A stretch of 64,000 bases of DNA from Amoebidium appalachense (GCA_963693365.1 CAVNZM010000006.1:9365355-9429354); one strand, 5' to 3'. Shown: positions 27,150-45,232, counted from the stretch's first letter. Notes: generated by a model not told the origin, from the sequence alone. Numbers and translations: made by a program.

Positions 27150-27859
27150 TTACAATAAATCCTCGGTAATATTAATTATCGGGTTAGGTGTCGCACATGT
27201 TGACACCGGTATTTGCTGCTGAAACTCCTCCACCCTCGTGCGGCGCAAAGCATCCAAGGCATCGTCCCCACTCTGTGTCCTACTGGCCACCAGCCTCTGC
27301 TCACTCTCCACGGTTGGCCTAGCCACGGACCAATCGCTATCAACCGGTGACGTGGCGCCGTGGTACAGCCGTGTGATGATGTCATCGTGCTGGTCCTTGC
27401 GCTGGTGGGTGGGGCTGGACGGGGTGCTGGGGAACTTCTTGCTCGACCCCAGCCGGCACGTGTCCTTGAGAAAGTCAAAGCTGAGGTTGAGTCTCATGCG
27501 GCTCATGGAGCTGGGTCGTGCACCTCTGCGGGGTTATGGGGGTTTAGGAGGTGTTATAGAGTGCAAAGTACACATTCATAACGGACAGCATAATGTAGAT
27601 TGCAAAACACACATGTTGCAAGGAATATGCATAAGAAGCAGAGCTCATAACGGACAATATATTGCGGATTGCAAACCACACAAAGAATATGCACAACAAG
27701 CAGAGCCCATCCTCAAGGGAGGTGGTTGGTGCGTGCAGGTGACAAGTATAGTTTGTGTGTCAAAGCAAATACCGGTGCAGGGGTCGTTAGCAATCGGCAT
27801 CTAGGGACAGAGAACACGGCAGGCTGAGGCATACACACGGGACTCCCTGACTACCTTGT

Positions 27860-27908
<49 letters not shown>

Positions 27909-28235
27909 TCTTGTCCTGAAAGATGATACACAACATATATAGTAATGCAAGAATCGGATCATATGCCATGTGCAGATGTACAGGCATCGTGGGTGTGTGC
28001 TGGTGTTGCAATAGTTGGATTTGTGGCATGTGTGCATTTTTTTTTTTGGGTGGTAATGGTGGCGGTTGTCAGTGTGTGCGTGTGGGAGGGGGGGGGGGGG
28101 ATATGGATGCTTGAATGTTTTGGGTACGGCTGCACAGTACAAACTAAGGTGTAGAAAAGAAAGGACGGGTGGGAGTGATGCAGGGAGGGGAGGGGGTGGG
28201 GGGTGGGGGGTTTTGAAGGGTTTTTTTTTTTTTTT

Positions 28236-28268
<33 letters not shown>

Positions 28269-28682
28269 GACAGCATTATTAGAATACGAAGGATGCATTC
28301 CAACGAATTGACAACGCAGATTTTGGAAAGAAAAAAAAAAAGGTGACGATGAGAAAGAGCACACACACGGTGTATATGCATTACAAGTAGAGCCCATCCT
28401 CATGGGAGTGCCAAGTCATGCAGAGTGCCCGTTTCGAGCCGTTCACCTCCCGTGAGAAACCCAGCTCACCATTCGAAACTCAGAAACTGACTCACTTGAA
28501 CATCGGGTAGGGCAGGGTGGTGGTGGTGGTGGTGGGAGGGGGGGGGGGAGGGGGGGAGGGGGGAGCTCATGCGGGCGTCCAGTATCCTTCTAGTGCAAAA
28601 GCAAGGAAAACGAATGGTCCTTGTGTGTGTGTGTGTGTGTGTGCGGGGGCGTGCGTGCGTGTGCGTATGCGCGTGTGCGTGC

Positions 28683-28725
<43 letters not shown>

Positions 28726-29161
28726 TGTATGTGTGTGGTTGCACACGTACGTGCATGCGTGACCCCCAAACCCCCGTCCCAGGCACACACCTGTCCACAG
28801 GTGTTATGTGTGTGCTTGTGTGGTTCACGTGTAGGTGTACGTCTCTGCGCATATGCTCTTGGGTGTTATGTGTGTCCGTTTATACGTGTGTGTGGGTGTG
28901 CCTGTACACGTATTCCAACATATGTGTGCATATATGAGCACGTGCGGGTGTGCATGCGCGCACTCGTGTACCCCGAAGCACGTGTGTTCGTGTATGTGTG
29001 TGTGTGCAGTCGCATGCACGTGTATCCCTGTCTGTCAGTGAGGTGTGTGTGTGTGTGTGGGTGCGCGCTTGCGCCCTTGTGTCCCCAGGCATTATGCGCG
29101 TCTGTGCATGCGCGTGCATGTGGAGATGTGGATGTGCATGCATATGTTTCCCGGTGTGCAC

Positions 29162-29208
<47 letters not shown>

Positions 29209-29560
29209 CCATACGTGTATGCAAGAGAGAAGGGGAGGGGGGAAGCGGGGGGGGGGGGGGGGGGGGGGGGGAGAGAGGGAGAGAGCGAGAGTGTGTGTGT
29301 GTGTCGGGGAGCGCGCAAGTGTGTGTGTGTGAGTGTGTGTGTGAGTGTACGTGTGTGGGTTCCACGAACACGGGTGTGCGCATGGTTGCCGGTGTGGGTG
29401 TGGCTGTGAAAAGTGAACTGCACGCTTTCACGCCTGTGTATATAAACGTACATATGTGCTCTCGTGTGTGTGTGTGTGTGTGCGTGTGTGTTGGAGTGGG
29501 GAGGGAGGGGATAAGGGATGAGTAAGCATTAGCAGTTGGTGAACATGGATCTGAGTGAAG

Positions 29561-29592
<32 letters not shown>

Positions 29593-30109
29593 CTATGCGT
29601 GCGTGCGTGCGTGCATGCGCGCACGATCAGGCACGCTCATTTAAGCACGTGTTTGCATGTGTGAGCGTGTGTGCATGTGTGTTCACTCGCTTCTATTTTT
29701 TGGGACAGGGGGTAAGGCACTAACTTTACTGTCGAGGACACGACCTGACCGCCTTGTGTTGCCATTTCATCCGCCATGGCATCCACACAGCTTGGCTCGA
29801 CCACAAACTTGGTCACATCACTTCCAGAGTGGCGCCGGAGGGAATACAACGGCGACAGGAAACCCTTGTGTGGGTATGTGCATATGCCATCTGGATCGAG
29901 TTGGGCCCAAAGTGATTTACGCGATATGGACTCCCCACTGGCTGCGTGAATAAAGACTTTGCCCGTGAAAACAAGAACCGTGAGCCATGCGGCTCTCATT
30001 TCATCGGTAAATGCCTGTAGAACATGGTGGTTGGCACAGTTAGCAGGAGCACACCGACACTTTCTTGATAGCAGACTACATATTGTCAGGAAGGTGAACT
30101 GGGGGTTAA

Positions 30110-30153
<44 letters not shown>

Positions 30154-31457
30154 GAATGCCTCTTTACGTACGAAGTACACAAGAACAACGGATAACACGA
30201 TGCGGAATGCAAACCATACATAAATAATATGCATAATAAGCAGAGCCCATCCTCAGGGGGGCCCCATGTCATCCACAGTACCCGAATTTCGACCTATTCA
30301 CCTCGTTAACGAAACCCAACTCAGATACTGTTTCACTTGAAAATGGGTAGGTCACCCGCCTTGATCAGAGACGAGCAGGGTTACTTATGCAGACAAGGGC
30401 AGTGGGAAAGGCCGGGGGTTAAAGTTGCAGCAGTACGCAGAAGCAAGAAAAATATAGATAGGAACTCAGGAACGGGGCTTCTGGGAAGCTCCCCCGTCGC
30501 TATTTAAGTCGATACTTCCCTGGCTAACATACTACACCAGCTGAAAAGAATTAAGTCCCGAAGGCTGCAGAATTCGCAATCAGAGGGGAAAATATACACA
30601 CACGATACCGACAAAGCCAATTCACACAACTTCTTAATTAAGACAAGCTCTGAAGTAGGACATACATCAAGTAAGTGTGTTTTAATTTTGAGAAGACCAA
30701 CAAGCAGATAAATAGCAACACCACCCACCGAGCCAGAATAAAGGACACCAAACTGCCCAAGCATAAACCATGTAACCGTACCTGTGGGCCAAGCCTTGTC
30801 TCCACCATTATCAACAAGGCCTGCATCATGGGTATATATGCGTCTGCATTTATGCCCTCATCTGCGTACACCTCCTTATGTACTCCTTCCAGCAACTGCC
30901 GGAAACTGTCTTGATCCATGATGTTAACATTCACAACAACCTGCTCGAAAAGTGACGTGACGAGTGCTGCTCTGCTTGTTGGGCTCCTACGCGAACATGT
31001 GGTTAGGTGGTACTTATGGCCCCGAAAACCAGTGCGGCACACCAAACCACCCACCTAGAAGCAGAACGTTTATTTAATTTACATTCATGACCACCATAGA
31101 AGGACCGCCTTTCGAACAGTCAAATGCCTGCACAGCGCTAAAATCGTTTCATTCATCATTCCACACTCATAGAACAGCACAACCAAGCCATTGAATCATT
31201 AAATTGTAGACTAAGTGCATGCACTCAACACACGGGCAAGTAGCTTACCTCAAAAGAAGTGCTGCTTTTGGATATAACCTGTAGAAGGTGTCGAAAAATA
31301 GGTCGCTGATTGTCACACCCACCCACGGGTGCTTGTCTGTGTCTTTTGCTGTGACTACTAGTTTCCATGATTGAATGATCAGGTCTCGCTGAGCTGTAGA
31401 TGTTACCGGGTTGCCTTCGATTTTGAGCTCGCTAAAGTCCGGGGGTATAAAGACCAT
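27150..31457 (-). CDS. Globin-fold protein (degenerate heme pocket) with C-terminal extension
   Basis: Phase-consistent exons 31457-31249, 30986-30782, 30014-~29745, 27800-27773 and 27523-27150. Spliced: TSTAQRDLIIQSWKLV (A helix)...ISDLFFDTFYRLYPKAALLL (B/C)...FRQLLEGVHKEVYADEGINADAYIPMMQALLIMVETRLGPQAFTDEMRAAWLTVL (F-G-H). The last two exons are less certain. Confidence 0.8.
27540..27720 (-). mobile_element. Truncated copy of the structured dispersed repeat with an internal duplication (globin intron)
   Basis: gcagagcccatcctca at ~27700 is the reverse complement of tgaggatgggctctgc; the cataacggaca...gattgcaaa segment occurs twice. Confidence 0.7.
28262..28515 (-). mobile_element. Diverged copy of the structured dispersed repeat (globin intron)
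   Basis: Reverse complement reads ...gttcaagtga...gggtttctcacgggaggtgaacggctcgaaacgggcac...tgacttgg...tgaggatgggctctac...ctaaccccc(polyC). Confidence 0.7.
30112..30399 (-). mobile_element. Long copy of the structured dispersed repeat with 3' poly(C) (globin intron)
   Basis: Reverse complement reads gcataagtaaccctgctcgtctctgatcaaggcgggtgacc...ttcaagtgaaaacagtatctgagtt...gtcgaaattcgggtactgtggatgacatgggg...ctgaggatgggctctgcttat...gcattcaac followed by about 40 C. Confidence 0.8.
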
Positions 31458-31833
31458 TTTTGAAACAGTGTGCAGGGCAAGCAAAATACCGTTACTCTCT
31501 GGTGTGCTGGGTCATGCTGTAGCACAAGCACAGACAAAAAACGGAGGTTTTTCGAGAATTTCTGGGATGGTGAAGGCCGACTGGCAGGCTTGCCTGGAGC
31601 ACTCTCTTGCAGCCTTGACTGAACAGCCCATAAGCAGGCTACCAAGACCCCACTCACTTGACACTTGCGCCCCACCTCAACATGCTACAAGATGTGGACT
31701 GTTCATGCATGAGCCCAAAAAGATGGACGAGACACACTGATCCGTCTGCCTGTGTGGCTGTGCTACAAAATGGAGCTAGAAGGTTTTAAAGAAAAAGACA
31801 CAAGTACACGCGTGAAGAAAGCTGGGCTGTACT

Positions 31834-31913
31834 GCTGTGTGTATTCTCTTTCGGTGTGCTAAAATACTCAGACGCTGTGTGTATTCTCTTTCGGTGTGCT
31901 AAACTACTCAGAC
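31834..31913. repeat. 40-bp tandem duplication (2 copies, 1 mismatch) upstream of the globin gene
   Basis: gctgtgtgtattctctttcggtgtgctaaa(a/c)tactcagac occurs twice in tandem. Confidence 0.9.
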
Positions 31914-32453
31914 ACCGTAAAAGAGAGCTGTGTCAAGCGCTAGCCTTGATTTTTTCAATTGCAAGGCAGTGAGGCGTGAGCCACTCAAGAACCGCAAAAC
32001 TTCAGTTTGCATCGATCGCAAAAGAGTGCCTCGGACTTGCCCTTTCCGCGGCCGAGTCTTTTCTTCCCGCACCGACGGTCTATTTTGTGACCCAGGACAT
32101 TTTGTGACCCAGAAAACGGCTTCAATGATGGGCAAGCAACTAAAAGGTTTTCGTAAGGATGTTACGTGTCTTGTCACTTGCAACAGCTATGGCTTAAAAC
32201 TTTGCGCCTAAGGGCCGTTAATCGGAGATCCCTGTCATGTGCAAGAGCCTGTTCATCGATATCCAGTGGCCCAACAAGCCCGTCCACGGTCCACTGCCAA
32301 CGAGGGATCCATGTCACACGGAATATATAATAGCGGTGCGCCACACACAGCTGTACATGTATTTACATTCTTATATAAGTAGCTTGCTTTTTGCGTACTT
32401 TTTCTCCAAAGTTCACATCCTAATGCATACGTGAAAGCGACCATCTTTCTCGT

Positions 32454-33155
32454 CTACGTCTGCTTCTGCTTAGTAGCAGCCTTGCTGGCCTTCCACTCTT
32501 TTATAGCAACTTGAACTTTCTGGTCGACCTGCTTCTCAAAATCGCTTCTAAATCCAAGACCAAACACCAGCTCCAGAAGCACAAAATACGGTGCCATCAC
32601 TAAAGCCTGTGCCAGGTTATCCAACAAAGCAGGCGCCCGACCCTCAAAGGCACCGTGCCCCACAAACTGAAGCAGCCAAGCGGCAACGTGTACGGCCAAA
32701 GCAACATGGCCAGCAGCGACCCATTCAGGAAAACCAGCGGCCTCTTTGATATGCTGTTCATACCATGTCTCCTTGAACTTGTTAGCCGTTACCCAGCAGA
32801 GTGCCACAGCTGCAAAGCCCAAGACACCTGTTCCCCTTGCATCCAAAAAGAAGTAGTAGAAGGCATAGATGGCGGCGGCAGCAACGCTCCAGTTTAGGTT
32901 GATCCCAAGCTCTGCCGTGGCATCAGATGGCCACGTGCTTGTGTAGGAGAAAAACACAAGGGAAGTCCAGAAAATGGGCCATATGCACACAAGGTGAATG
33001 AGCTTGTTGACTGTGTTGTTGTGGTAAGAAGCATAGAACGTGAACTGGCTTTCCAGGTCAAAGAATTTGGGGGTGTTGGCCACGATGACCAGAACAAGTG
33101 CTATAAAACCTGCTGCAACATAGTCCTGTGTCTCTAGAAAATACCCCTCTCCCAT
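32454..33155 (-). CDS. MPO1: Mpo1-like 2-hydroxy fatty acid dioxygenase (DUF962 / YGL010w family), single exon
   Basis: Family motifs FYASYHNNTVNKLIHLVCIWPI and QFVGHGAFEGRAPALLDNLAQALVMAPYFVLLE, plus several hydrophobic helices. First ATG at 33155. Confidence 0.92.
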   Translation of the reverse strand: MGEGYFLETQDYVAAGFIALVLVIVANTPKFFDLESQFTFYASYHNNTVNKLIHLVCIWPIFWTSLVFFSYTSTWPSDATAELGINLNWSVAAAAIYAFYYFFLDARGTGVLGFAAVALCWVTANKFKETWYEQHIKEAAGFPEWVAAGHVALAVHVAAWLLQFVGHGAFEGRAPALLDNLAQALVMAPYFVLLELVFGLGFRSDFEKQVDQKVQVAIKEWKASKAATKQKQT

Positions 33156-33491
33156 TTTCAAAGCCTTTTGCACTTTTGCAGTTACATAAATCCTATTTTA
33201 GGTGTGTCAACTCAGTGATTCATCGCCGTGCAAAAAGCCGCTGGCTCGGCGCCAAAGGCCGGGCGGTGTGACGTCAAAGCGAGTCGTTCGTAAGTGCTGC
33301 TGAGGTTTTGGCTATTTTTCAGCGCAGAATTGCCTAATTTCAGAAGTATTCTTTGGAATTTTTGGGTTGCTGGCTCACTGCCAAATATTTTTTGAAACAA
33401 AAGGCGGTCAAATAACTAGGGAATAGAGTCGTTTATGTTGTCGTGTTTGTGGGAAAGTCTATAAATTGTAGCGCCGCTATTCGCTTTCAAA
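33156..33491. promoter_or_regulatory. Bidirectional promoter MPO1/UBC13 with a perfect CRE palindrome
   Basis: 336 bp between divergent ATGs, CpG-rich and repeat-free, with TGACGTCA at 33269-33276. Confidence 0.6.
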
Positions 33492-39510
<6,019 letters not shown>

Positions 39511-40437
39511 GATCTTTAAGGGGTCAGTGTTGATGGCAAGTGGACTTTAGAGCATTATTAACCCTTAGCTGTGCACCCATGCACCCACCCAGCAGGCTGG
39601 TGTCTTGGTATCTGTTAAAGGGTCATGACGTGGTGTGATGGGGGCTCACTGGTACTTTGACTTTTTGTGATGTCGAATGTGTTGGGAGCTGCAACATGTG
39701 TTCACACTTTTTTTTTCCCCCCCCTAAATTCACACCTGCATGATGTATATGCTTTGGGTTAAGTACCACACGAGGGTTTTTGGGATGGGGCTTTTGCATT
39801 TTCAAGATAATTGTTGATGAAAAAATGTTGACAACGTAGTTGAACAAGCAAATGGTATTTTGGAGGGTGTAAATGCAGATTTCCGGGTTCCCTGTTGTCA
39901 ACTGCATAATTAAATGAACAACAGAGCTTTTTTTTGCTTCTGCTTGAGTAGTTGTTTTTGGTTTATTTCCTTTTTGGTTTATACATTTGCCTACCCTAGG
40001 ATGGCGCAAAAAGAAAAAACAGTAAGAAAACTGCGGGGAACAAAAAATAAAAATATAAAAAACATAACAATCGGCCCAACTGTAGGTTCAAGCTTCAAAG
40101 CCGTCTCCTTCGAAATTCTGAACTTCGAAGTCCACCCGAAGCCGGTTCTAAGTTTGCATGTTCTTTTATTTCCGCATTCATTCAAGGTGTAGGGCAGGGA
40201 TTGGCCACTGTAACAGTTGTGTGCGATGCAAGCCTGTGTACATGCATATGTGTGTGTGTGACACTGTGTGACGCTGTGCGTTTATGTCATTGTTGCATTA
40301 GGTATATATATTATGCATACATGGGTGGTGGGTTTGCCCCCTTGGGTTGGTGGCACCGGTGGTGGTGCACACGTGAGGGGGAGCTCGAGGGAGGGGACTC
40401 CGGGGGGTGTGGTGTGTGTGTGTTTGTGTGTGTGTGT

Positions 40438-40470
<33 letters not shown>

Positions 40471-41595
40471 TGAACCCGCCAAACGGGATGCCTTAGGGTG
40501 ATCATTAGTAACTGGCCGGCACCCAAAAATGCTGAAAATGTTGAAATTCAGTGATCATGAGGGCCAGCTGGTTCTTTCAAAGCCTGATGTTCAGGTGCAC
40601 ACAGTACATATCCCTACCGCCCAGTGTGTCCTTGTGGGGTTGGGGGGGGGGGGGGGGGGGGGGGGGGGTTTCAACGAAGTCGTCAACGATCAGTGGATTG
40701 TCGCGATGATCCGTGCCCTAGCAAGGGCCTGGCCCTGGGATCAACCACGTGCATCGATATATGCGAGACGAACAAGGGCGGCCTCGAGCTCCGACTGCAG
40801 AAATATTTACATTCTGCAAAAGAAAAATATCATTCTGCGAATTTGATTTCAACCATGATTCATTCTGGGGTTTACACACTTTTTATTGCGTGGACACTGC
40901 CGGAGGCCCAGCCACATTCGACGGCCTATTGCGTTTTCCAGCACAGCCAATCAAATGCAGCCAGTGACATATGTACATGCTAGGCAACAATGAGCGCCAT
41001 CGTAGTATATGACACCCCTATTATAATATATTATGTGTAAGCAGAGGCTAGCATCGGTAGCTCCGAAAGAAAGTTAAGGCACCGGATCACAATATCATAC
41101 TGTGCAGCATTAATAAGGTGATCTAGGATAGTCATCTGATTTTGTAGAACTAACAAAAGCGAAGTTATTCTCAATTTAATGCAGAGTTTATTGATATTCT
41201 CATGGCTGCTCTGAGCAGGATTATTCGGCTTCATGATAATTAGGCAGACTCTGATGAGGAACGGTATCGTGCACCTAATATAGCTACGCGAGTGCGTATC
41301 CGATAACCGTTTCGACCGGTTTTAGTCATCCCTAGGCAGAGCTTTGTTTTGTTTCTACGTGCACGAGACAACAAAGCTTGAAGCAGATTCCTACAGATTT
41401 ACCAGAGGGCCTGTCATTGGATAGTAGCCACAGTACAGTCCGCGTCCGCGCGCGAGATACTGCGCTGACCAGTGCCGAGGTCATTATCTTAAAGTTTATT
41501 TAGTCGTTTTGAAAAGACTTCCAGAGTCCGTCTCTATTATCTTACCCCCCCCCCCCCCCCCCCCCTATCCGGGCGCCCTAGTGGGTTCCTGCCAC

Positions 41596-41640
<45 letters not shown>

Positions 41641-41696
41641 CGGACAAGCATCTAAGAGAGAGAAGAGAGAGAGAGGGGGGGGGGGGGGGGGGGGGG

Positions 41697-41736
<40 letters not shown>

Positions 41737-41823
41737 ACTCTGAGAGAGAGAGAAAGAATAGAAACATATTCAAGTACAGTTGGCAGAGTCTGTCTATCAT
41801 AATAAAAAGCGGCCCTGCTACTG

Positions 41824-42810
41824 TTACATCTTGACTATTTGGCACCACACACCTACACGAGTAAGGGGCAACCCCTCCCCATTTGCCTCATAGATATCGG
41901 CATTGAGGTTTTCATCAACCTCCAGACCATTGCAATACTTTACGCGGAAAAGAAATCCCCTTTTCTGGGCACCCCCCATCATAACCCCTTGCAGCCAGCC
42001 CACAACACTGAACCTACGCAAGATTTCGCACCCATGCATATTGCTGCCCAACCGGGGGCACTCTCCAACTACTTGATACCCCTCAGGAACCTCCCATTCG
42101 TTTTCCTCCCCATCGTCCTCCTCATCCTCCTCCGCACTTTCACCACCGCTACCGATTAATCGTCATCCGCTTCATCCTCGGAATCCGAAGGCTCCTCTTC
42201 TTCCTCGTTTGCCTCAGGAACCTGATAATCGCCCTCAAGCCCCCAGTCGGCCTGCACTGTTCCTACAGGCCGGGGGGATATGTACTTCATCCCCTTTGGC
42301 AGCCCTTCCAGGGTGATCAATTTATCGTCTGCTGGGTCCGTAGACATAAGGCCCCCCGTGGCCTCAATCGCTCTCCACCGTAAAAATTCGGATAGTTGGG
42401 TTGCGCCGCGACTTCTCCGTCAGGTGAACCCAGAACGTCCTCCACCGCCTGACCGATAAAATGAGTAACAAGAATACGCTTCTCGAACGCCGTGAGAGAG
42501 TTATTCACGCACTTCTCCAAATTACTATCTTCTTCCAACCATTCGTCCCCCAACTCCCCCGAGCGACGTTTGGCTGCCCGTCCCACATGGTGGTCGATGG
42601 CCTGTGTTCCATCTGTTGAGCCGGCTGGTGTGAACCACGGGGTTGTGCGCAGGTCGTTCTTTGTTAGAAGTTGGCGGAAACGATCCTGCAGGGAAAGGGG
42701 AAAGCCAGAGGGGAGGGGGGGGGGGGAGGGGGGGGGAGAAGAAGGGGGGGGGGGGGGGGGGGGGGGGAGAGAGAGAAAGGGCTCGGGGAGAGAGAGAGGG
42801 GGGGGGGGGG

Positions 42811-42847
<37 letters not shown>

Positions 42848-43201
42848 GAGAGAGAGAGAGAGAAAGAGCGATAGAGAGAGAGAGAGGGAGAGAGAGGGGG
42901 AGGGAGAGGGAGAGGGGGGGGGGCGGGAGAGAGAGAGAGGGAGAGGGAGGGGGGGGGGGGGGGGGAAGAGAGAGACAATGAGCATTCAAACACATGCCTT
43001 TCAATTATAACACTGTCTACAAAGGTGTGGACTTCTAACAACTAAGAATGGCTTAAGCGGAAGAGGCACCCAATAGATACGTGTCATACTATCTGCTGGG
43101 GAGACATGGATGTAGTGGGCAGAAGTGGTGGTATGTCCTTACTCGTTTTGTTTCTTGCTTTAAATTTTCTTTCTTTCTTTCTTTCTCTCTCTCCTTTAAT
43201 T

Positions 43202-43265
<64 letters not shown>

Positions 43266-43712
43266 CAAACGACCGTGCATACCTGCGTCTGTGCAGCCAA
43301 GTCCATGAAGCACAAGTAGTCCTCCTGCTCAGTACGGCCCACAAACTCTTTGGGTGTGTTCTCAGCCCAATTCACGGCAACCTCTGTATCCACCCAGGCA
43401 TTTTTCTGCCAGTACACATCCACACCCTTGTGGTAGCTCTCCTTCTCAACAGCACTCACTTTGCCTTGTCCACGAAAGACGATGGCAGGTCTTGGGAAGG
43501 GGCCTGCCAGGAGATAATATGCGTTATGTTACAAAATGTGTGTGGTAGTGTACCAGCCTGAGGACCGTGCATACAGAAACAGAGCATATAGACAACACCG
43601 TCCTGTGACTACGTGGCATGTGCAACACAATCCCTAGGCCAAGATGATAAAATAGTGTGCTCACAGTTTCTATACAAATATTGGTGATGGAAGGGCAGGG
43701 AGAGGGCCGGAA

Positions 43713-43745
<33 letters not shown>

Positions 43746-43923
43746 GGGGGGACTGGGGTTTTGGTACGGTGCTCAGGTACAGTATGTAAGTGCACAGAAT
43801 GGTAGTGAACATCCAAAAGGCATTACAGAGCAAAGGCGCACATCGGCTGAGGAGAAAGAAGCCTTAATGGATGTTAGGGGGGGGGGGGGGGGGGAGGGGG
43901 GAGCTCAGGGAGAGGGGGGAGGG

Positions 43924-43959
<36 letters not shown>

Positions 43960-44282
43960 CTCCACCTTCAGGTGTAATAGTGAGCTGTAAGGTGCAGAAC
44001 CACTTTTCTTTGGAATCTGGGCCAGCAATCTGCACACGGTCAGCACCCTTATCCTCGTAGGTGGTGCCAGCGTCGTTGGATAGAGGCCAGGGCACCTGCA
44101 TAGAATTCGAGTCAATCAACTATTCAAGAGGTTTAAAAATTCCTGCGTGTGGCCCATTGTTGGAATACGTCACTACGTAGGACAGCAAGAGTCTGGAAGT
44201 ATGTATGTGTCTTAGCTTTGTTTGTATTCGTGTCTGCTCTCCTTCTTTGTGCTCTCCCCCCTCTCTCCCTTTTTCTTTTTCT

Positions 44283-44316
<34 letters not shown>

Positions 44317-44900
44317 ATCTCTCTCTCCCCCTTGTTTCTGTGTGCACAGTTATCTGTAGATCTGTGCACACCTGGCTCTCTTGCCTGATAGAACTTATTG
44401 CATTTTATCTGTGTTTGCTCTCCTCTGTTTATCTGAGAAGTAGCTTTGTGTTGTGTGTGGACCAGAAGGGCTTACATGCAACACCTGTGCTCAGATATTG
44501 GCCCTCTGAACGTTACTCCTTGTTGCCTTATGTTGAGCTGGTAAAGTTGAAGTAGCTACCAAAGACCTTAAAGTGTAACACAATTTGAAATTCACCGTGA
44601 TATATTGGTAATAATCCCAACTCTTTCCCTTCTGTGGCTGCCTTAGCATGCATGTAGTATGAGGAATAATAATCCTCTGGATGTGAATGTGATGATTCAG
44701 TGTGGCACTTGAGCCTAACACACACACGCCGTGGTATAACCCGAAAACGCAGTGCCTTGCGGTGACAAAAATTCCTGGCATCATGTACATATGTAAGAAG
44801 AAGCTTGACCAAGTGAAGCTTGACATCATTAAATTAGGTCATCAGATATCGGATTCGTGTAAAGGATGCAATATCCAACAGATTCGCAATTGCCGGAAGC
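41824..44900 (-). pseudogene. Decayed pogo/Tigger-type (DDE_1) transposase gene interrupted by spliceosomal introns
   Basis: Phase-consistent GT-AG exons 44095-43966 (VPWPLSNDAGTTYEDKGADRVQIAGPDSKEKWFCTLQLTI), 43503-43283 (PAIVFRGQG...VYWQKNAWVD...LCFMDLAAQ) and 42685 onward (WFTPAGSTDGTQAIDHHVG...KRILVTHFIGQAV). Frameshifts occur near 42350 and 42156. A degenerate CENP-B-type HTH remnant may lie at ~44700-44900. TIRs were not found and the 5' limit is approximate. Confidence 0.82.
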
Positions 44901-45200
44901 TCAAGGTGCCTTTGGCCAACACAAAATAATTTGAATCATAACGGTAGCCAGGCTGACAGTATCTGTTAATGTCCATAAAGTTACATGGTTGTAGTATAGG
45001 CTGCCGACAAACCTAATTGAACAAGTGAATGATATTTGGAAGGGTGACTTTATTCATGCAACTAAGGTAGCCTGGCCTATTGTCGACCGCAGTCGTGTAT
45101 ACTAAATAACAGACCCCCCCCCCCCCCCCCCCCCCCGATAAATCTCCCTCTCGCCCCCACTCCCCATTCCCCCCCCCCCCTCCCCCCTCCCCCAAACAAA

Positions 45201-45232
<32 letters not shown>

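Noticed and set aside
33269-33276. CRE sites (also 27084-27091) as targets of the bZIP in this window
   Set aside because: 8-mers occur by chance at this scale, and linkage says nothing about trans regulation.
40490-41520. Possible coding or TE fragment between UBC13 and the transposase
   Set aside because: Non-repetitive, but I found no coherent ORF, motif or terminal repeat to support a call.
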